Positions 55,690 through 61,419 of a stretch of 61,419 nt of DNA are shown piece by piece. A model generated the notes under the pieces. It searched no databases. It saw only the letters and a list, made by a program, of their open reading frames with translations, and had not been told where the DNA came from. This stretch comes from a virus. The DNA lies in IMG/VR virus record IMGVR_UViG_3300035529_000070, positions 122,114 to 183,532 of that record. One strand, written 5' to 3'. Position numbers and translations under genes: made by a program. Within the stretch, counting starts at the first letter, position 1, and each line of letters begins with the position of its first letter.

Positions 55690-55870
55690 ATTATACCATA
55701 AAGTGTAGTGAACTACACAAACCCTAAAGGGTTTGGCTTCCTAATTCATAGACCGTTGCTATCATGTCGACCAGTCTTACACAATCTCCAAAGGCTTAAC
55801 ATCCCGTAGTTCCTACGGTAGAGCAATTTATTTATACAGTTGCTAACTGTTTTATTCCAAACTGTTTTAT
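55690..55870 (-). ncRNA. TnpB omega/reRNA (right-end derived), guide from flank TACACTTTATGGTATAAT
   Basis: Structured GC-richer 3' region after tnpB ending at TTCAC; established TnpB biology; boundaries approximate. Confidence 0.6.
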
Positions 55871-57001
55871 GTTTATAGCAGCATTAATATCACGATCATG
55901 TTCAGTTCCACATTTTGGACAAGTCCAATATCTGTCATCTAAAGTGATATTATCATTTTTAAAACCACATTTATGACAGGTTTTGGTACTTGGTGACCAC
56001 TTGTCAATTCTGACAACTTGTTTTCCTGACCAAAGTGCTTTATAAGAAAGCACTTCTTTAAATTTTGACCATGATTGAAATTGTATTTCTTTTGACAATT
56101 TTTTATTTTTCAACATACCAGAAACATTTAAATCTTCCATGAAAATATAATTTCCTTGGTTTTCAGAAATTATTTTAGAAGTCATTTGATGAATCCAGTT
56201 TTCTTTTATGTTAGAAATTTTTTCGTATAATTTTGCAAGTTTAATACGAGTTTTTTCAAAATTCTTAGAACGAGGTTGACCAGGTTTATATTTATGAGCA
56301 AGTTGTTTATTCAACAGTTTAAGCTTTTTATCAAATGTTTTTGAGTTGATTGGATAATTATACTTCTTTCCATTAGAAAGAATTAATGTATCTTTTATAC
56401 CAACATCAATTCCAATGCCATCACTGATATTTGGATTATTTTTCTCAACAAAAGTCAATGAACCTTGAGGTTGGTATTCAATTACAAGAGATACAAAATA
56501 TTTATTTGTCCTTGATTTTGATATTGTTGCCATTTTAATTTTATAATCAATTGGAAGAATTCTATGAATTCTTGTTTTAATAGGTTGTTTATTAAATTTT
56601 GGTATTTTCAAATAACCAAATTTATCATTTGTTTCAGAATATTCCAAAGAGATATTCTGAGGAATTGAAAATGACCATTTTGAAGTTGATTTCTTTTTAA
56701 ATTTAGGATAACCTGAAAGTTTTTTATAAAATCTTTGAAATGAATTTCCTAAGTTATGAAGACTATCTTGTAATACTTGACTGTTTATTTCATTTAACCA
56801 AGAATATTTTTCAGTCTTTTTTAACAAAGTTAATTCTTTCATCCAATCAAATTTACTTGTTGAGGTTTTGGTATTTTCATAACAATTTTTTGAATAGTTC
56901 AAGAAAAAATTGTATATGAATCTTGAAGATCCAATATGTTTGTCTAAAAGTATTTTTTGATTTTCATTTGGATATAACCTAAATTTAAAAGTTTTCATCA
57001 T
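55832..57001 (-). CDS. tnpB: RNA-guided endonuclease TnpB
   Basis: KFRLYPN HTH, GIDVG (RuvC-I), MEDL (RuvC-II), CHKC/CPKC, DRDINAAINI (RuvC-III), all intact. Confidence 0.95.
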   Translation of the reverse strand: MMKTFKFRLYPNENQKILLDKHIGSSRFIYNFFLNYSKNCYENTKTSTSKFDWMKELTLLKKTEKYSWLNEINSQVLQDSLHNLGNSFQRFYKKLSGYPKFKKKSTSKWSFSIPQNISLEYSETNDKFGYLKIPKFNKQPIKTRIHRILPIDYKIKMATISKSRTNKYFVSLVIEYQPQGSLTFVEKNNPNISDGIGIDVGIKDTLILSNGKKYNYPINSKTFDKKLKLLNKQLAHKYKPGQPRSKNFEKTRIKLAKLYEKISNIKENWIHQMTSKIISENQGNYIFMEDLNVSGMLKNKKLSKEIQFQSWSKFKEVLSYKALWSGKQVVRIDKWSPSTKTCHKCGFKNDNITLDDRYWTCPKCGTEHDRDINAAINIKQFGIKQLATV

Positions 57002-57012
57002 AATAAATCATC

Positions 57013-57429
57013 TCACTTATTTTTCTGATTTTCAATATATTTTTTAACAGTTTCTAATGATACTGAACCAACACTTGCAACAAATTTAGATCTTGTCCAT
57101 AATGTCGGAAGTTTCTTTTTAAGTTCTGGAAAATGTTCATTCATATCATGTGAGCTTGAACCTTTTAAAATATTTAACGTTGAAGAAATTGGAAAATCTG
57201 GATCTATTTGTATTAAACAATGAACATGGTCTCCCATAATTTCTAATTCGAGAATATTAAATTCTTCATTTTCATTTGAATAATTTAATAATAATTTTTT
57301 TAAATATTCTTGCATTTCATCAGTTAATACAGATCTACGATATTTAGTAGTCCATATTATATGATAAATACATTTATGTACAGTTGTATTATTTGATAAA
57401 TAATCAATATCTTTACCTATTATTTTCAT
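57013..57429 (-). CDS. tnpA: IS200-type HUH (Y1) transposase
   Basis: YHIIWTTKYRR, DHVH, LKGSSS, LWTRS, KYIENQ. Confidence 0.95.
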   Translation of the reverse strand: MKIIGKDIDYLSNNTTVHKCIYHIIWTTKYRRSVLTDEMQEYLKKLLLNYSNENEEFNILELEIMGDHVHCLIQIDPDFPISSTLNILKGSSSHDMNEHFPELKKKLPTLWTRSKFVASVGSVSLETVKKYIENQKNK

Positions 57430-57565
57430 TATATCATCTCCTTTTATATAATGATTATAATATATATTTATAAAGTTCCAATTAAGAAAATATCAAATTT
57501 AGATTAAATAAAAAACGAATTCATCCCAAGCCTAAAGGCAAGGGCTTTCTTCGCTATATATTTGT

Positions 57566-57600
57566 AAAAAAAAGAAAATCCCACTATTTCTAGTGGGTTT
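57566..57600 (-). terminator. Terminator of HU gene
   Basis: CCCACTA-GAAA-TAGTGGG-ATTTTCTTTTTTTT. Confidence 0.7.
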
Positions 57601-57654
57601 ATTAAATCAAGATATATTGTTACTTTATTATTCAGTAGAGATAAATTTGTTACT

Positions 57655-57930
57655 TTACTTGTTGACTACTTCTCTCAAACCAGTACCAGCTGTGAACTTA
57701 GGTTTGATTTTTGCAGGTATCATTATAGATTCTCCTGTTTGAGGATTTACTCCTCTTCTTTCTTTAGTTTTAAGAATATCAAATGTTCCAAAATTTCTTA
57801 AAACAACCTTGTTCCCGTTTGCTAAAGAATCAGTGATTGAATCAATAAAGGCTTCTATATAACTTTCAGCTTCTTTTTTCGTACCAGCCGTTCTTTTAGC
57901 TACATCGGAAATAATATCTTGTTTGTTCAT
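57655..57930 (-). CDS. hup: HU DNA-binding protein
   Basis: MNKQDII...VVLRNFGTF...RRGVNPQTGESIMIPAK..PKFTAGTGLRE; GGAGGTG SD before 57930. Confidence 0.93.
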   Translation of the reverse strand: MNKQDIISDVAKRTAGTKKEAESYIEAFIDSITDSLANGNKVVLRNFGTFDILKTKERRGVNPQTGESIMIPAKIKPKFTAGTGLREVVNK

Positions 57931-58016
57931 TATTACACCTCCTATCGTGAAATCTTCTATGAATCGTAGTTTTATTATATCATATTTTGTTATAGGTGTC
58001 AAACCTCTTCCAGGTT

Positions 58017-59387
58017 TTAGTTTAAAGATTTTTGATATTGATTTAAAGCAATTAAATCAGATCTATCTATTTCTTCTAAATTATATATAGAAGGACTTTC
58101 AGTCTCTATATCCTTAATAGAATCTGGCAAATCATATAAAGGAACAAATCTAACCAACTGCTCATTTACGACCTGTATTTCTCCAATTACTTTTTTTGAA
58201 GGATTATCAATTAAAATTCCTACATGATAATCTTCTATTTCTTCATTAGAGAATATCCTAAAATTAAAATGTTTATTCTTATCCATCGTCTGACCTATTT
58301 TACGCAAATGAACATATTGTTTTTCTCCAGATTCATCATTTTCTATTTCTTTAGCAAAAGATCCATGGTATTCGGAACTTACGTAAAAAGATTGATAGAT
58401 ATAACCATTTTCTTTATCATGGTAAAGTTTCATAGGTTTTAAAGTTACTAGTTTGGGCTTGCTTTCTGAAGCTATTTCTTTGATTATATCAAATACCTCA
58501 TCTTCGTCCAAGTTTAAATTATCCGCAATGTTTTTGACTACCTTTTGCATAATTATATAGAAAATAGACTGAGAAGATTTTGGTAATTGATTACAGCTTA
58601 ATTTAAACCAATCAAATAACAAATCTCCGTTAAAAAATGGTTCTGGTTGTGCCCAATAAGATACGGTAAGAAAATGTTCTTTATTTTTAGATAATGCATT
58701 GTTTAAATAAGGGTGTATATCATTCAACAATTTATCATACCATATGAGGTTAGCGAAAAACAATAAGTTAACTTTCAGGCGTTTTTCATCTAATAATATA
58801 TCGAAATCCAATACTCCAATTTTGCTATTTTTATGTGTGATTTGAGCTGAAATTTTATCTTCAGGTGTCCAAATTTCAAAATGTTCGTTAGGCTCAGAAT
58901 TTAAATAGTCTAGCATCCATACCCCGTATTTTTGTATATTTTTCACAGAGCAAAAATCATTATACCCTCTTTTTGAATATAACTTTAAACCGAAACTATT
59001 TAATGCTTCTGTTTTCTGTTCGCTTAATTTCCCTCCAAACCCTAAACTAATGCTATAAAATTTGTATATGTTATTGAAAAATTCATTTGGCACATAATTA
59101 TACGATAATTTTGCATTATAAAAAGTGTAAGGTATATTTAATTCTTGAATTTGGACATATGAATTTTCCCCTCCTAATTGCCCATATTCATTCTTTCCTG
59201 AAACCATGATCTTGCTAGGAATCAAACGAAAAGGGTTTTCTATCTTATCCCGTTCTAAAATCTTCAACACATGTTCCATGTTCTTAGCTTTTTTAGTCTT
59301 AAAGAAAATTTTTTTCTCTCTTGAGATATCTTCATAATACGCTTTAGTTTTATTACTTTCATCTACTAAATGGTGAAACTTCATCAT
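58017..59387 (-). CDS. Hypothetical protein with one RCC1-like motif
   Basis: IMVSGKNEYGQLG. Confidence 0.55.
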   Translation of the reverse strand: MMKFHHLVDESNKTKAYYEDISREKKIFFKTKKAKNMEHVLKILERDKIENPFRLIPSKIMVSGKNEYGQLGGENSYVQIQELNIPYTFYNAKLSYNYVPNEFFNNIYKFYSISLGFGGKLSEQKTEALNSFGLKLYSKRGYNDFCSVKNIQKYGVWMLDYLNSEPNEHFEIWTPEDKISAQITHKNSKIGVLDFDILLDEKRLKVNLLFFANLIWYDKLLNDIHPYLNNALSKNKEHFLTVSYWAQPEPFFNGDLLFDWFKLSCNQLPKSSQSIFYIIMQKVVKNIADNLNLDEDEVFDIIKEIASESKPKLVTLKPMKLYHDKENGYIYQSFYVSSEYHGSFAKEIENDESGEKQYVHLRKIGQTMDKNKHFNFRIFSNEEIEDYHVGILIDNPSKKVIGEIQVVNEQLVRFVPLYDLPDSIKDIETESPSIYNLEEIDRSDLIALNQYQKSLN

Positions 59388-59878
59388 TTTTCCCCCTTCT
59401 TAAATTTATTTATTAAAGTCCTCTGTGTTTGTATAATTTGGTCTTGCTGCTGTAATTTATTCCTCATAGATTTTATCATTCCAATCAGCTCATCATAGCT
59501 CTTATCTAACAGTAGTTTCCTATAGCTATCTATAAACTGGTAGTCTCTATCTATTTTACCTTCACCATTACATAAAAAACATTCTATCTTATGTTCATGT
59601 GCTAATTCTTCTGGGATATTATCTGTTATCTTGAAATACTGATAATAATCTGTAGGATCGTCTCTGCCGTCTATATCTATAATATCAATAACTCCTTTCA
59701 AAACATATATAACCTTATCATCATTGAATATAGATATCTTTACATCGGGAGTTTTTAACTGTTTTTGAATTTGAAAGTCATAGTTCTTTTGTATTATATT
59801 TTTGTTCACTTGAGGATATTGGTGTTTGAAAGCTTTCCTCAAAAAATTATTTGTGATCAATGTTTTCCACCCACTCAT
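59384..59878 (-). CDS. Hypothetical protein (CxxCxGxG half-motif, C-terminal coiled coil)
   Basis: CFLCNGEGKI. Confidence 0.55.
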   Translation of the reverse strand: MSGWKTLITNNFLRKAFKHQYPQVNKNIIQKNYDFQIQKQLKTPDVKISIFNDDKVIYVLKGVIDIIDIDGRDDPTDYYQYFKITDNIPEELAHEHKIECFLCNGEGKIDRDYQFIDSYRKLLLDKSYDELIGMIKSMRNKLQQQDQIIQTQRTLINKFKKGEK

Positions 59879-60797
59879 AAATTTTCCTAATAGATTTAAC
59901 CAGTTCTACTACATTAGGACCTATTTCCATTATTCTATATTCTTCATCATCTTCTGCTATTTCTAAAGGCATGTTTTTATGGGTGTCTTTCCCAAAATTA
60001 TCTATCATTGTATAAATGAATTCCCCGTCATGAGATATCTTTATTTCAACACTTTGCTCTGGATAATCAACTGATTTATATTTAGAAAAACTAATTTCTC
60101 TATCATGTCCTATAAACCTTTCGGTATTGATAAAATTCAATTGACCAAGCATAGCGTTAAAAAAATCGTATATATAGCTTTCGTAAACAAACATCCCTTC
60201 AGGAAAAAACTCTATCTTTGGCATTAAAAAAGACATAAAAGATATGCTTTCTTGTTTGATGTATTCTGGTTCATCACCAAAATAAGTGAAGTATAAGCTT
60301 AATTGCTCAGCTTTATCCAGTTCTTCATCAGTTCTACCAGAGATATCTGGCATTTCATCTTCTGGAACTCCATTTATTAAATCAGCTATATCATCTGGCG
60401 TAAAATCATGTTGTTTCACAGATATTTTTTTTGAATTGTTGAGTTTGTAGTAAGTAGAGCCATCTTTTTCTTGAACTTTTGTTAAATATTTTTCTATATT
60501 TACAAACCCGGTTACAGCTAATCTTATTTTTGAAAATAAATCTTCTTTTAAAATATATACTTTAACAGGCCCATAGTCAGTTAATAGTTCTACTACATCA
60601 TTAACATAAATTTTTTCATCGTTTTCAGTTTTAATATTTACATATTCATTGAACTCTACATCTTTTAAATCTAATTCTATAGGTACTATATTATCTTCCC
60701 CTATCACTTTCACTTTTTTTCTATGCTCATCTATAGACAAAATATTTTCATATATTTCATCTGTCTTTACATTTACAACTCTATAATTTTCTAGCAT
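59847..60797 (-). CDS. YopX-like N-terminal domain protein
   Basis: EYVNIKTENDEKIYVNDVV resembles YopX motif; promoter TTGACG-17-TATAAT at 60857-60829. Confidence 0.55.
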   Translation of the reverse strand: MLENYRVVNVKTDEIYENILSIDEHRKKVKVIGEDNIVPIELDLKDVEFNEYVNIKTENDEKIYVNDVVELLTDYGPVKVYILKEDLFSKIRLAVTGFVNIEKYLTKVQEKDGSTYYKLNNSKKISVKQHDFTPDDIADLINGVPEDEMPDISGRTDEELDKAEQLSLYFTYFGDEPEYIKQESISFMSFLMPKIEFFPEGMFVYESYIYDFFNAMLGQLNFINTERFIGHDREISFSKYKSVDYPEQSVEIKISHDGEFIYTMIDNFGKDTHKNMPLEIAEDDEEYRIMEIGPNVVELVKSIRKIYEWVENIDHK

Positions 60798-60859
60798 CTT
60801 ATATCCCCTTTCATTTAATATCAATTACATTATACCTCGAAATCCTTATTCCGTCAATC

Positions 60860-60949
60860 AAAAAAGAAAAAAGGTCGCAGAAGCGACCTTCAGTTGATAA
60901 AGATACCCTGTAAAGAACCTGGTTTATTGTCTGCCAATACAGGGTACAT
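60860..60949 (-). ncRNA. Candidate small structured RNA D (~90 nt)
   Basis: TTGACA-16-TATAAT(+TG) promoter 60983-60956; stem TACCCTGTA/TACAGGGTA; terminator AAGGTCGC-TTCT-GCGACCTT-TTTT. Confidence 0.6.
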
Positions 60950-60979
60950 ATATTTATTATAACATGAATCAGCGTTTTG

Positions 60980-61419
60980 TCAATTGATATCATAAGAAAT
61001 TTTATATTTTTTGTTCATCTTTGTTATTTGTTTTTTATGTTCAGTTGCCCCTTCAGGTAATGGGAGTGCATGTTCGGATGGAGTATCAGTATAACTCATG
61101 TATATTTTATTATCTCCAACAGCCAATTGAGGGATATTAAGTCTTATCAACCCCTTGTCATAATCAACGATTTCATGAGGGATTATGGTGCCATCAGATA
61201 ACTGGAACTGTAGATTGTCTTCGATTTTATCAATTTCCTGAAAAGGAAGCTTAACCGTTATACTATCTATAAAGGTTGGGGTGCGGCTATCAACTGTGCT
61301 GCCATCCCCAAGTTGCCCGACATGATTTCTACCCCAAGTATAGAGCTTGCCCGTCTCTGTTATGGCTGATGAGTGATATGTATTGTCAGACGAAGAATTC
61401 CAAAAACCTCCTAAACTAA
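60980..61419 (-). CDS. 3' part of RCC1-repeat (beta-propeller) protein, possibly a receptor-binding protein
   Basis: Own translation: HSSAITETGKLYTWGRNHVGQLGDGSTVDSRTP..., stop TGA at 60980; start lies outside the window. Confidence 0.8.
   Translation of the reverse strand, partial: SLGGFWNSSSDNTYHSSAITETGKLYTWGRNHVGQLGDGSTVDSRTPTFIDSITVKLPFQEIDKIEDNLQFQLSDGTIIPHEIVDYDKGLIRLNIPQLAVGDNKIYMSYTDTPSEHALPLPEGATEHKKQITKMNKKYKISYDIN

Larger units (their letters stand above)
55708..57563 (-). mobile_element. IS200/IS605-family element (IS605 group), inserted 3' of TTAC
   Basis: Left end TTAC|AAATATATAGCGAAGAAAGCCCTTGCCTTTAGGCTTGGGATG; right end GAAGCCAAACCCTTTAGGGTTTGTGTAGTTCAC; tnpA+tnpB inside. 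Confidence 0.9.

Noticed and set aside
55832-57001. TnpB as a Cas12-like effector or nuclease-dead repressor (TldR)
   Set aside because: All three RuvC residues intact, tnpA and IS ends present, no CRISPR array
60811-60993. 60-aa minus-strand ORF
   Set aside because: Spans two promoters and a terminator and overlaps the RCC1 gene end; region fits a non-coding RNA
1-61419. Stop-codon recoding, as seen in some large phages
   Set aside because: Standard-code ORFs tile the window densely and conserved genes are uninterrupted

Overview
AT-rich segment of a large tailed dsDNA bacteriophage with a contractile tail (myovirus); no CRISPR array, rRNA or tRNA was seen. Bases 1-28.2 kb are a minus-strand morphogenesis region. 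In transcription order it holds three paralogous His-x-His fibre-like proteins, terminase large subunit, inner-head proteins, prohead protease, decoration protein, major capsid protein, neck proteins, sheath, two tube paralogues and a displaced portal. The rest holds a MoxR-AAA/vWA-metallopeptidase operon, thyX, class II RNR (nrdJ, with a mini-intein and tandem NrdR boxes), tmk, a Rad50-like ATPase, ssb, an SLT lysin, HU, an intact IS605 (tnpA+tnpB) and many orphan genes. From recalled sequences, NrdJ, ThyX, SSB and HU resemble Thermotogota proteins, suggesting a Thermotogota host. Most notable: (1) a recurring hydrophobic-x-K-x-A motif across the head proteins, probably the prohead-protease cleavage code; (2) three dispersed small genes sharing a 10-aa leader MIxxEFxKT(A/S) that resembles the T4 capsid-targeting sequence, one carrying a degenerate SET domain; (3) four stand-alone small-RNA-like transcription units. 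All functional calls come from motif reading and gene context, with no database search.
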